This document shows, piece by piece, positions 1 through 8,909 of a stretch of 64,000 bases of DNA. The notes under the pieces were generated by a model that saw only the letters and a program-made list of their open reading frames with translations, ran no database searches and was not told the origin of the DNA. A program made the translations under genes and the position numbers. Where the stretch lies: the sequence record MN871440.1; one strand, written 5' to 3'. Positions within the stretch are counted from its first letter, which is position 1; every line of letters begins with the position of its first letter.

Positions 1-87
1 AGATAAAGATATACCTTTAATTAATGAAGATCTATCTTCTCTTCTCCTTAGGTTACAATGAGTTAGCTCCGCAGTCGCTGGCGCGAC
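1..87 (-). repeat. Dispersed quasi-palindromic intergenic element, copy 1 (truncated by window edge, inverted relative to copies 2 and 3)
   Basis: Reverse complement reads gtcgcgccagcgactgcggagctaactcattg...gagaagagaagatagatcttcattaattaaaggtatat, matching 41168-41250 and 16243-16310. Confidence 0.9.
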
Positions 88-95
88 ATTTTTAG

Positions 96-123
96 TTGAC
101 ATCATATCGGAAACGTCTATACT
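96..123 (+). promoter_or_regulatory. sigma70-type early promoter
   Basis: TTGACA (96-101) N16 TATACT (118-123), upstream of GAGGAG RBS and ATG at 150. Confidence 0.7.
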
Positions 124-149
124 ACTGGTATTCAACTGAGGAGATAATC

Positions 150-323
150 ATGAATTACTTGAAGCGTCTGCTTAATCGTATGAAGTACAAGCCGATGATC
201 AAAATCAATGTGTACTCTATGCAGATTCATACCGCTTCTGGTGCTTCTGTGTGTACTCCCGACGGTATCGCTATTAAACAGCGTATCGAACGCCTTAAAC
301 GTGAAATGAGAATGAATAAATGA
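150..323 (+). CDS. Hypothetical protein (57 aa)
   Basis: ATG at 150 with GAGGAG RBS; stop overlaps next start. Confidence 0.7.
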   Translation: MNYLKRLLNRMKYKPMIKINVYSMQIHTASGASVCTPDGIAIKQRIERLKREMRMNK

Positions 324-892
324 TTTGTAAAATTGTTAACCCAAAGCGTCTGACCGTTGGTGATTCGATTCGCTTGCATCGCGACGAACTCCTGACTATC
401 GACAAAATTGAAGACAAGAAAGTTTATCTGACTAACTCAGAGACGGGAGAAAAGGTAGAAGTTGTTTTTTATCAACTGACTTCCAAATCATATCGTTATC
501 GAATGTATCACCCGGACGCGACGTATGACATACGCGGTCACGAAATTACTGGTAGCGGTGTGAACTCTCGCTATGGCATGAGTCTTGGTATGCTGTATGA
601 TTACGGTATAAAGCAGCCAATCGCTGCTGGTGAGATTATCGACTTCTGTGTCGAGTCTACCTATTACAAGAGTATGGTGATGGCTGTGGGCTCGTTTGGT
701 ATGTCTAAAAACGAGATCATTTTTCATAACTGCAAGTCCGAAAGAAACGCTATTGTGGTGAAAACCGAAGACGGTAAAGAGCGTGTTATTGTTGCAACTG
801 GACAAACACTCTACTTTGTAGAACCGGACTCGGAAGGTCGTATGTTTATCAACAATACTCACATCTGTGTAGTCAATCAATATCGGGGTTAA
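320..892 (+). CDS. Hypothetical protein, beta-rich
   Basis: 190-aa ORF, ATGA overlap with upstream gene. Confidence 0.75.
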   Translation: MICKIVNPKRLTVGDSIRLHRDELLTIDKIEDKKVYLTNSETGEKVEVVFYQLTSKSYRYRMYHPDATYDIRGHEITGSGVNSRYGMSLGMLYDYGIKQPIAAGEIIDFCVESTYYKSMVMAVGSFGMSKNEIIFHNCKSERNAIVVKTEDGKERVIVATGQTLYFVEPDSEGRMFINNTHICVVNQYRG

Positions 893-893
893 C

Positions 894-1415
894 ATGTTTC
901 GTTATTCAGAAGACAAGAAAAAAGTCGAAATCGGTAATGTTGTTCGTGTGAAAGGATTGCAAGGTGTTTTGACTGAGGTAACATCAAATTCAATAAAACT
1001 TACAATCGGAAACATCGCTTATTCTGAACTTGTGTTTGAAAATAAACGCTGGCGCAATGCAAAAGATTCGATTGATCGTCCGATGTATCTCGATAATATG
1101 TCCGACTATACAATCGAAAACGGAGAGCTTTTCTATACTAATCGCAGCGTGATTAATGTTGGTGATTTTGTTGATGAAATGAAAGTTGTTGCCGAGACAG
1201 GGATCACGCTGTTATGGGATAAAACCAGCTCTAAAGTTGAGGGTGTGCGAATTGGTATCATAGAAGCAGATTCTTGTTTGATTTTGATTGACAACAAAGG
1301 CATGGCGCACTATGCTATCGCTGTTGAATCTGGCGATTATGAAGCCGTTCAACTCTACTCTACCAATAACGGTAGTCTGGAACATGTACTCGATTTGCCA
1401 TGGAGATATGATTAA
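894..1415 (+). CDS. Hypothetical protein, beta-rich
   Basis: 173-aa ORF tightly packed in operon. Confidence 0.75.
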   Translation: MFRYSEDKKKVEIGNVVRVKGLQGVLTEVTSNSIKLTIGNIAYSELVFENKRWRNAKDSIDRPMYLDNMSDYTIENGELFYTNRSVINVGDFVDEMKVVAETGITLLWDKTSSKVEGVRIGIIEADSCLILIDNKGMAHYAIAVESGDYEAVQLYSTNNGSLEHVLDLPWRYD

Positions 1416-1996
1416 TGTTTGTAATTGAAGAAATCGCAAAGCCAGAAGATCAATACCGAGAGTTGTGTGTTGGTGATTATACTATCATCAAAAGCAAACG
1501 CTGCCGACTTGTTGAGTTTGATTCGAAAGCAAAAGCAGCCACGTTTTTCATGACAATCGGTGATATGGATGTCACTGCTAAGTTTTATCATCTGAAAGGT
1601 GATAGCTGGATCAATAGTGAGTATTCGAGTCCGATTAATCTGATACTGAAAGACGACAAAATCTGGGTCGGTGCCGATGTAAAACGTCAGAAAGAGATTG
1701 CGATTGGGCGCAATTTCCCACTTCGAATCATGAGTCAAGAAAATGGTATTCCGCCGAGTCGTGTTGTTACTCGATTCATAGGCTTTGTTCAGGGATTCAT
1801 GGAACAAGGTGGGATCATTAGTTATACATCGTTTACTAATAACCCATCATCGAATGCAATGCTGTTTATGAGTCAGACTGGGCTAATCTATGCTTATGAC
1901 AAAAACGGCAACTGGTATATGCATAAAAACGACAAAATGGTGAAATCAAACATCAAATATATCGAAACGCATCAAATCCTGAAGTGGGAAGCATAA
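1415..1996 (+). CDS. Hypothetical protein, beta-rich
   Basis: 193-aa ORF, TAATG overlap. Confidence 0.75.
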   Translation: MFVIEEIAKPEDQYRELCVGDYTIIKSKRCRLVEFDSKAKAATFFMTIGDMDVTAKFYHLKGDSWINSEYSSPINLILKDDKIWVGADVKRQKEIAIGRNFPLRIMSQENGIPPSRVVTRFIGFVQGFMEQGGIISYTSFTNNPSSNAMLFMSQTGLIYAYDKNGNWYMHKNDKMVKSNIKYIETHQILKWEA

Positions 1997-2004
1997 GGAG
2001 AGTA

Positions 2005-2889
2005 ATGAAATACGTTATACACAAACAAACAAAAAATAACGGTCTGTTGACATTCATGGAAGTAGACCGAGACGTTGCAAGAGAAATGATTGAGAAAAAT
2101 CATTACTCGAAAAAGTGGAATACCTCGTTTGGAATAGTGAACATTGGCGTGTTTCGTGATGATGTTCTTCTTGGGGTTGCTGTGTTTGGGAATCTGATGA
2201 ACCCGGGTTCTTACAAATCAATTTCAGATGAACTTGAATCAAATAACATAATCGAGTTGAATCGATTGTGGATTGATGATAGTATCGGGCATAATGGCGA
2301 AACCACTATGCTCGGTGCGTCATTTAAAATCATTCGCAAGTGTTATCCTCATATCAAAGCAATTCAAAGCTTTGCTGATGGTAGACTTGGTTGTGGTACA
2401 ATCTACAAAGCATCGAATTTCGATTACTACGGTTTCGATCAAACTCTATTTGCCGAGAACACCGAAACCGGAGAAGTGTTTCATCATGTTCCGTTCGAGA
2501 ACACAAAACGACCGGGTTCTATGCTCGAACGTTGGAGAATGCTTCTCGATGATAAATGCAAGTGGTTTGATGTCAAAACTTATCGCTACATTTATTGGCT
2601 AGACAGAAAGGTAAAGTGCAAGAAAGAAAAATTGCCTTATCCCGAGTATAGCAAAGGCATAGACTATCGAGAATTCACTTATCCGCCGAGAATGTACGCG
2701 AGAGCTTATCTGATGTTCAAGTGGAGAGGCGAAGATAACTATGCTAATCTAGCGAAAGCTAAATCAAAATCTCTTGACTTCGACGCCGAGATAAAAGATC
2801 TCGAAGAAAACGAGACGATGAAATGGCTAAAAACTCTTGACGAATTCAATCGAGATAAAGGGTTGACCGATCTGTTCGGTGACTTCTAA
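2005..2889 (+). CDS. mom: Mu Mom-like DNA adenine modification enzyme (GNAT fold)
   Basis: Motifs KNHYSKK, IGVF..LLGVAVFG, IELNRLW, QSFADGRLG, IYKASNF, YRYIYWL, PYP are collinear with Mu Mom as I recall it (KHYSRR, LGVF, ELNRMW, QSFADERCG, VYQASNF, YRYIRFL, PYPK); AAGGAG RBS before ATG 2005. Confidence 0.85.
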   Translation: MKYVIHKQTKNNGLLTFMEVDRDVAREMIEKNHYSKKWNTSFGIVNIGVFRDDVLLGVAVFGNLMNPGSYKSISDELESNNIIELNRLWIDDSIGHNGETTMLGASFKIIRKCYPHIKAIQSFADGRLGCGTIYKASNFDYYGFDQTLFAENTETGEVFHHVPFENTKRPGSMLERWRMLLDDKCKWFDVKTYRYIYWLDRKVKCKKEKLPYPEYSKGIDYREFTYPPRMYARAYLMFKWRGEDNYANLAKAKSKSLDFDAEIKDLEENETMKWLKTLDEFNRDKGLTDLFGDF

Positions 2890-2896
2890 CTAAATA
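2889..2896 (+). promoter_or_regulatory. T4-type late promoter (ACTAAATA) for gene 49
   Basis: Variant of TATAAATA directly upstream of endonuclease VII; gene 49 has a late promoter in T4. Confidence 0.55.
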
Positions 2897-2911
2897 GAGT
2901 CATATTCACTA

Positions 2912-3412
2912 ATGGAAAATGACTCTATGATCCTGACACCGAAGACATACGACACCGCTAAAGAAAAACTGTACCATGCACAAAACGGCATTTGCCCCCT
3001 CTGTAAGCGTGAGCTTGATAAAGAGATTAACAAAAATCATCTTGATCATGATCACGAATTAGATGGGCCGCAAGCTGGACGTGTGCGCGGTTTGCTGTGT
3101 TGCTTTTGTAACAAGTTTGAAGGTATGGTTAGACATGAGTTTATGCGATCTGGTCTGGCGTCTAGAAATGTCGATTACATCACACAACTAAAAACCTTGA
3201 TATCGTATCTCGAACAAGATACCAAAGAAAATGACATTCACCCGAAACTGTTGCCAGATCTGAAAAAGCGTTTCGCTCGTCAAGATAAGCCAGCGATGAT
3301 TGCCGAGTTGCAAGCAAACGGTTTCGCGTACAACGACGGCATGACTAAGGCGGATCTCTGCAAAGTCTACAACAAAGAAATGCCAAAAAAGATGAAAAAA
3401 CTTCATAATTGA
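2912..3412 (+). CDS. 49: Recombination endonuclease VII (Holliday junction resolvase)
   Basis: QNGICPLC..HLDHDHE..RVRGLLCCFCN Zn/His-Asn motifs. Confidence 0.95.
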   Translation: MENDSMILTPKTYDTAKEKLYHAQNGICPLCKRELDKEINKNHLDHDHELDGPQAGRVRGLLCCFCNKFEGMVRHEFMRSGLASRNVDYITQLKTLISYLEQDTKENDIHPKLLPDLKKRFARQDKPAMIAELQANGFAYNDGMTKADLCKVYNKEMPKKMKKLHN

Positions 3413-3413
3413 T

Positions 3414-3450
3414 TTGACATAACAGCCAGTCTTCTATAGACTGGCTGTTA
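3414..3450 (+). promoter_or_regulatory. Early promoter embedded in 12-bp inverted repeat
   Basis: TTGACA 3414-3419 N17 TAGACT; taacagccagtc/gactggctgtta stem. Confidence 0.65.
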
Positions 3451-3470
3451 TTGTTTTAGAGGATAATATC

Positions 3471-3641
3471 ATGACACTAGAAGAAGCATTTGAAATCAGA
3501 TCAAAGATTAACGCTATGCTCAAGAGCAAAGACAAAACCGAACGATCTACCGCTATGATAATGGATAGTGTTCTGCGTGGCGAATATCTTCGTATTGAAG
3601 ACGCAAAAGAAGATATCAAATTTCTTTCCGAAACTAATTGA
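3471..3641 (+). CDS. Hypothetical protein (56 aa, MTLEEAFEIRSK...)
   Basis: Read by hand: GAGGA RBS, ATG 3471, TGA 3639-3641; not in ORF track. Confidence 0.7.
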   Translation: MTLEEAFEIRSKINAMLKSKDKTERSTAMIMDSVLRGEYLRIEDAKEDIKFLSETN

Positions 3642-3693
3642 CACCGATTGCGAATCTGCTAAGATAGCTACATCAACAAACGAGAGATATATC

Positions 3694-4128
3694 ATGGAAA
3701 ACATTGCAAAAGTTTACGCTGAACAAATCTATACCAGTGAAAAAATTCAACTATGGAAGGATGCTCGCGAAATTCTCAAGAAAGTTATCACTGGTGAATT
3801 GACCCGTTATGATTGCCGGGAAGGTCTGTGTGATTTGCTTCCTATCAATCTGACTGCCAAAGAAATCAACAAAGATTTCGAATACTGGAGTGGCCAGCGT
3901 GGCTATGTTCTTTACTCTGGTAAGACTACCGAGTCCGGTCGTATCAATGAAGAATATTTGGATCAAGCAATCGCAGAGTACAATCAAGAGAATCGGTTCT
4001 GTCGCGGTGAAGTTGATGACACTAATCCGGAATACTGGGAAGCTCGTAAATCATTGGCTTGTCACTGGGTGAAATTCGTTGAACTGGTTCTGAGTAACAT
4101 TGTTAGTCTGGAGAAAAATGATGCTTAA
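3694..4128 (+). CDS. Hypothetical protein, paralog 1 of tandem trio
   Basis: ATG 3694 with GAGAG RBS; shares GLC and YxxxRxxLAxHW motifs with next two ORFs. Confidence 0.8.
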   Translation: MENIAKVYAEQIYTSEKIQLWKDAREILKKVITGELTRYDCREGLCDLLPINLTAKEINKDFEYWSGQRGYVLYSGKTTESGRINEEYLDQAIAEYNQENRFCRGEVDDTNPEYWEARKSLACHWVKFVELVLSNIVSLEKNDA

Positions 4129-4561
4129 TTGGATTCGAAATTGGTTCAAGAAACCGGAACCGATTGATCACGAAAAAGTAGCATTCACTGAACACTTGGA
4201 TGCTTTCATGGACACTGAACGATTTAAGCGTGATGTTCTTTTTCTTAAAAGCGTTAGCACAAAGGATATGGAAGACCTCCGGTTTGGTCTGTGTGTCTGT
4301 ATGAATGGACTAGCGAATCTTGCTTTCAAGCGTTATGCGAATCGCGGCTATAAATATTTTAGTGGTGATCACGTTTATCCGATTGAAGGTGGTATTCATG
4401 CATACCATGATTTCTCTCAACTTCTGATGAAACCGGCGGAGGAGATTGAATACTACAAAAAGCGTGTCGAACTTGCCAATCACTGGCTGAAAGTAATTGA
4501 GCAGTATCAAAACGAGAAAAAAGCGTATACTGGCATTATCTTATCGAGAGGAATAAATTAA
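4118..4561 (+). CDS. Hypothetical protein, paralog 2 of tandem trio
   Basis: GGAG RBS; FGLCVC and YYKKRVELANHWL motifs. Confidence 0.8.
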   Translation: MMLNWIRNWFKKPEPIDHEKVAFTEHLDAFMDTERFKRDVLFLKSVSTKDMEDLRFGLCVCMNGLANLAFKRYANRGYKYFSGDHVYPIEGGIHAYHDFSQLLMKPAEEIEYYKKRVELANHWLKVIEQYQNEKKAYTGIILSRGIN

Positions 4562-5028
4562 TGTTTACTGCACTGCAAGCCAAAATCAAATCCATTTTCA
4601 TGAGCAAGAACGAGCGTCTGAAACTGAAATTTCTGGACAACTCGGATCTGACAAAGTATTATGATTTGCTGAAACTTCGTATTGAAAAGCCAGATCGATA
4701 CGCCGAAGCAATGAAAAAACTGTATAAGATCTCAGATCGAACTTTGGCGCGCAAGACAATTGCGTGTGGCGTCTGCTATCACGTTGGATTTGAATTGGCT
4801 AGTATTCTGCGAGTCGATTCGCTTATGGCGATGTATCCACACTGGGACAAAGAAACATGCAACGACTTGTTTCTGATTGACATCAAAGACGGTAGCAGCC
4901 CTCAAATGCAGTATGCTGACGAACGCTATTACCGGAATAATGTAAAATACTATGAAGCTAGGCTTGAACTAGCTAGACATTGGCTCAATGTGATGACGTT
5001 CGTTGATAATCATTACAATCAAAAGTAA
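4561..5028 (+). CDS. Hypothetical protein, paralog 3 of tandem trio
   Basis: GAGGA RBS; CGVCYH and YYEARLELARHWL motifs. Confidence 0.8.
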   Translation: MFTALQAKIKSIFMSKNERLKLKFLDNSDLTKYYDLLKLRIEKPDRYAEAMKKLYKISDRTLARKTIACGVCYHVGFELASILRVDSLMAMYPHWDKETCNDLFLIDIKDGSSPQMQYADERYYRNNVKYYEARLELARHWLNVMTFVDNHYNQK

Positions 5029-5033
5029 ATAAG

Positions 5034-5057
5034 AAATCCCGTTAAGTCGGGATTTTT
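5034..5057 (+). terminator. Rho-independent terminator
   Basis: aaatcccg-ttaagt-cgggattt plus T run. Confidence 0.75.
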
Positions 5058-5078
5058 AAAAATCTAAAGATGTAAAAT

Positions 5079-5107
5079 GTTTACATCAACCGTGATTAAT
5101 GTATAAT
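5079..5107 (+). promoter_or_regulatory. Early promoter for nrdA
   Basis: GTTTACA...TGTATAAT, T4 early-type -35 and extended -10. Confidence 0.7.
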
Positions 5108-5141
5108 GTATCTCTCCTCCATACAAACACAACGAGGTAAC

Positions 5142-7376
5142 ATGTTAGTAAGAAAATCAAGTGGTATTACAGAAAGCTTTGACAAACAGAAACTTTATCG
5201 CATAATCACGTTTGCTACCACTGGCACACGAATTGATCCGATTGAGATCATGAGTGGTATCATGTCGTCTATAACTAACGGTATGAGCACAAAAGACATT
5301 CAAAAGCTGGCAATCAAGTTTGCCGCAGACAGAATTTCTATTGAACAACCTGATTATCAGTATGTTGCGGCTCGTCTGCAAATGTATGCCTTGCGCAAAC
5401 AAGCATATAATCAGTTTGATCCTCCGCATCTGAAACGCCATACGCTCGAACTGGTACAAGATGGCATCTATGATCCGGATCTTGCTACTAAATGGACTGA
5501 TGAAGAATTCAGTGAGCTGAATAACTATATCATTCACGAACGCGATTTTAATCTGGCTTATGCTGGTGTAATGCAGTTCAAAGAAAAGTATTTGGCGAAA
5601 GATCGCAGTACCGGAGAGTTGTACGAAACTCCACAAATGCTTTATATGCTGGTTGCAATGTGCTTGCATCAAGACGAAAAAACAGATAGACTCGCTAAAG
5701 TTAAAAACTTTTATGACGTCACTTCTCTTGGCAAGCTGAGTCTTCCGACTCCTATTCTGGCTGGTGTTCGTACTCCGACCCGTCAGTTTAGCTCATGCGT
5801 CAAGATTGAAAGTGGCGATGAACTCGATAGCATTAACGCAACCGCTAGTTCTATCGTTGACTATATCAGCAAGAGAGCTGGTATCGGTATCAATGGTGGT
5901 GCTATTCGTGCTGAAGGCTCTAGAATTCGTTCTGGCGAGGTTCGTCATACTGGTATTATCCCATTCTGGAAATACTTTCAGACTGCGGTAAAAAGCTGCT
6001 CACAGGGCGGTGTACGTGGTGGCGCTGCTACTCTGTATTATCCGATGTGGCATCTTGAAGTTGAAAAAATCCTTGTGCTCAAGAACAACAAGGGTGTGGA
6101 AGAAAATCGAATCAGACACTTGGACTACGGTATCCAAATCAATAAAATGTTCTGGGAACGTCTGAAAAACGATGATTATATCACGCTGTTTAGTCCTGAT
6201 GTTCAAAATGGCGAGCTTTACGATCTGTTCTATAAAGATCCCGTTAAGTTCAAAGAGTTGTACGAAATGCTGGAAGAAGAACCGTTTGTTCGCAAAAAGC
6301 GTATCAAAGCATCTGAGATCTTCAACCTGTTTGCGCAAGAGCGTACTGGCACAGGTCGAATTTATCCGATGTTTATTGATAACGTGAACTCGGCTACTCC
6401 GTACAAAGAGCCAATTCGTCAGTCCAACTTGTGTATTGAGATCGCGTTGCCGACATATCCGGTTAAGCGTGATGGTTCCGGCGAGATCGCTTTGTGTACT
6501 CTTGCAGCATATAATCTTGGCGCAATTGAGGGCTATGAAGACTTCCTAAACGTTGCTCGCGCTGCTGTTCGCGCACTCGATAATTTGCTTGACTATCAGG
6601 ATTATCCAGTTGCTCAAGCATTGCCAGCGAAGAAACGCCGCGCACTCGGTATTGGTGTTACAAACGTTGCTTATTTCCTTGCCAAGAACTTTGTCAAGTA
6701 TTCTGACGGTAGTGCGAAGAAAATTATTCATCGTACTATGGAAATGATGCAATTTGCTAATCTTGTTGCGTCTATGGAACTCGCGAAAGAACGTGGTGCG
6801 AATGAATGGCATCACAAGACAAAGTGGGCTGATGGACTGCTGCCGATTGATTGGTATAACAAGAATGTTGACAATATCGTTCCGAACGATCTGAAAATGA
6901 ACTGGGAATGGCTGAGATCTGAAATCAAACAGCACGGCCTGCGAAATGACACTCTAAGCGCATTTATGCCTTGCGAGAGTAGTTCACAGATTACCAACAG
7001 CACAAACGGAATTGAGCCACCACGCGGCCTAGTGAGTACCAAGCAATCCAAAGATGGTGTCTTTAATCAGCTAGTACCGGAAGTGGAAATGCTTGGTAGC
7101 GAATATGAGACTGCATGGCAGATGACTAAGTATGGCATGAAGGGATATCTTGATTGTGTCGCGATTATGCAGAAGTTTGTGGACCAAATGATTAGTGCCA
7201 ACACTTATTATGATCCGTCTGTGTATCCGGGTGAGAAAATCCCGATGAAAGTCGTATTGAAAGATATGTCAAGAGCGCAGAAACATGGTGTTAAATCACT
7301 GTATTATTCTAATACTCGCGATGGTGCTGATGGTACCGAAGATCAAGATTCATCCTGCGATACTTGCAAGGTCTAA
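5142..7376 (+). CDS. nrdA: Class Ia ribonucleotide reductase large subunit
   Basis: N-terminal ATP cone, FSSC, QSNLCIEI, C-terminal CDTC; GAGG RBS before ATG 5142. Confidence 0.97.
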   Translation: MLVRKSSGITESFDKQKLYRIITFATTGTRIDPIEIMSGIMSSITNGMSTKDIQKLAIKFAADRISIEQPDYQYVAARLQMYALRKQAYNQFDPPHLKRHTLELVQDGIYDPDLATKWTDEEFSELNNYIIHERDFNLAYAGVMQFKEKYLAKDRSTGELYETPQMLYMLVAMCLHQDEKTDRLAKVKNFYDVTSLGKLSLPTPILAGVRTPTRQFSSCVKIESGDELDSINATASSIVDYISKRAGIGINGGAIRAEGSRIRSGEVRHTGIIPFWKYFQTAVKSCSQGGVRGGAATLYYPMWHLEVEKILVLKNNKGVEENRIRHLDYGIQINKMFWERLKNDDYITLFSPDVQNGELYDLFYKDPVKFKELYEMLEEEPFVRKKRIKASEIFNLFAQERTGTGRIYPMFIDNVNSATPYKEPIRQSNLCIEIALPTYPVKRDGSGEIALCTLAAYNLGAIEGYEDFLNVARAAVRALDNLLDYQDYPVAQALPAKKRRALGIGVTNVAYFLAKNFVKYSDGSAKKIIHRTMEMMQFANLVASMELAKERGANEWHHKTKWADGLLPIDWYNKNVDNIVPNDLKMNWEWLRSEIKQHGLRNDTLSAFMPCESSSQITNSTNGIEPPRGLVSTKQSKDGVFNQLVPEVEMLGSEYETAWQMTKYGMKGYLDCVAIMQKFVDQMISANTYYDPSVYPGEKIPMKVVLKDMSRAQKHGVKSLYYSNTRDGADGTEDQDSSCDTCKV

Positions 7377-7385
7377 CATTTTCAC

Positions 7386-7401
7386 AGGGGCTTCGGCCCC
7401 T
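7386..7401 (+). terminator. UUCG hairpin between nrdA and nrdB
   Basis: aggggc-ttcg-gcccct, no T tract (stabiliser or weak terminator). Confidence 0.5.
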
Positions 7402-7417
7402 ATAACAAGGAATAAAA

Positions 7418-8548
7418 ATGGATACCGTATTTAATAAAAATGTAGTTGATCATATGAAAGCTCCGTTGTTCTTGGGCGAAGCAATGGGATTAGCCAGATA
7501 TGAAACAGTAAAACACCCAGCGATTGACAAATTAACGGAACGTTCTCTATCATTTTTCTGGCGTCCCGAAGAAGTGGATTTGTCCAAAGATGCAATCGAC
7601 TACAATCAACTGAGTGAAGCCGAACAGCATGTTTTCACCCAGAATCTGAAATATCAAAGTCTGCTTGACTCCGTGCAGGGTCGCGCACCTAACTTGGTAT
7701 TCTTGCCAATCGTGTCCGATGTCGCGCTTGAGACTTGGATCACTACTTGGAGTTTTAGTGAGACAATTCATAGCCGTTCTTATACTCACATCATGCGGAA
7801 TATCTATGTTGATCCGTCTGCTGTGTTTGATAAGATTCTGCTTGACAGTAAGATCATGGCACGTGCCACTTCTGTAACTCAGTATTACGATAATCTGATC
7901 AAAGAGTTGAAAACATACGATCTGGTATCACAGCCCGTATTCTCTCCGGAGTTGCGAATTGCACAACTGACCAAGGTCAAAGAAGCGTTGTATCTTGCAA
8001 TGCACGCCGTAAACGCTTTGGAAGCAATTCGTTTTTATGTTAGCTTTGCTTGCACCTTCTCGTTCGCTGAACGTGGTATCATGGAAGGCAATGCTAAGAT
8101 CATGCGTCTGATTGCGCGGGATGAACAGCTTCATCTGAAAGGCACCCAGTATCTGATCCGTGCTTGGCAGAATGCAGAAGATGATTCCGAAATGTATGAG
8201 ATTGCTAAACGTCTCGAACACAAAGCGGTACAAATCTTCTTGGAAGTTGCCGAACAAGAGAAAGACTGGGCAAGAGACTTGCTGGGTAATGTTACTCTTC
8301 CTGGCCTGAGTCTATCTAGCATGTTGGATTACATCGATTATCTGACTGTAAGCCGTATGCGCTCTGCTGGTCTTCCTGCACCGGAAGAACTGAATACCAG
8401 CATGAAACACCCTCTTCCGTGGATTCGCAAGTGGCTGAATAGTGATTCCGTTCAAGTCGCTGCTCAAGAGGCTGAGTTGTCTAGCTATCTGATCGGACAA
8501 GTTGATTCAACTCTCGATGATAGTTTCTTTGAAGAACTAGAAGTTTAA
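7418..8548 (+). CDS. nrdB: Class Ia ribonucleotide reductase small subunit, no intron
   Basis: FFWRPEE, LDSVQ, ETIHSRSY, EAIRF, DEQLH di-iron motifs. Confidence 0.97.
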   Translation: MDTVFNKNVVDHMKAPLFLGEAMGLARYETVKHPAIDKLTERSLSFFWRPEEVDLSKDAIDYNQLSEAEQHVFTQNLKYQSLLDSVQGRAPNLVFLPIVSDVALETWITTWSFSETIHSRSYTHIMRNIYVDPSAVFDKILLDSKIMARATSVTQYYDNLIKELKTYDLVSQPVFSPELRIAQLTKVKEALYLAMHAVNALEAIRFYVSFACTFSFAERGIMEGNAKIMRLIARDEQLHLKGTQYLIRAWQNAEDDSEMYEIAKRLEHKAVQIFLEVAEQEKDWARDLLGNVTLPGLSLSSMLDYIDYLTVSRMRSAGLPAPEELNTSMKHPLPWIRKWLNSDSVQVAAQEAELSSYLIGQVDSTLDDSFFEELEV

Positions 8549-8551
8549 CAG

Positions 8552-8579
8552 AATCCGCCTTCGGGCGGATTTTTTATTT
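8552..8579 (+). terminator. Rho-independent terminator
   Basis: aatccgcc-ttcg-ggcggatt plus T run. Confidence 0.9.
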
Positions 8580-8645
8580 CCAAAATGTGTTGACACTTGG
8601 TATCGTTCTGATAATATGGACACATCTAAACGAGAGGAACAAATC

Positions 8646-8909
8646 ATGAAATACCAAATTCGAGTTTTTAAGAACGAACAAACTAAGCAAGCTTATGTTG
8701 CTGCAAACAGAGAGGCTATGGCGTCAGAAAACAAAGATTTCGCGCACCGTATGTTTGGTATGGTGTTCTATGATATGAACACATCTGAATTTGACTCTGA
8801 TATCATGAACATAGAAGCAAAGAGCAAGTTCGGTGCTTTCTGTGCTGCTCGTTCGATTGTTCGTAAACAAGGTTTTAAACTCATTACTCAATGTGAGGAT
8901 CTGAAATGA
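8646..8909 (+). CDS. Hypothetical protein (87 aa)
   Basis: GAGGA RBS, ATG 8646, downstream of TTGACA/GATAAT promoter near 8590-8615. Confidence 0.7.
   Translation: MKYQIRVFKNEQTKQAYVAANREAMASENKDFAHRMFGMVFYDMNTSEFDSDIMNIEAKSKFGAFCAARSIVRKQGFKLITQCEDLK

Noticed and set aside
2912-3412. His/Cys nuclease as a possible homing endonuclease
   Set aside because: Motifs, length and late promoter match endonuclease VII; no GIY-YIG or free-standing HNH gene seen in the window
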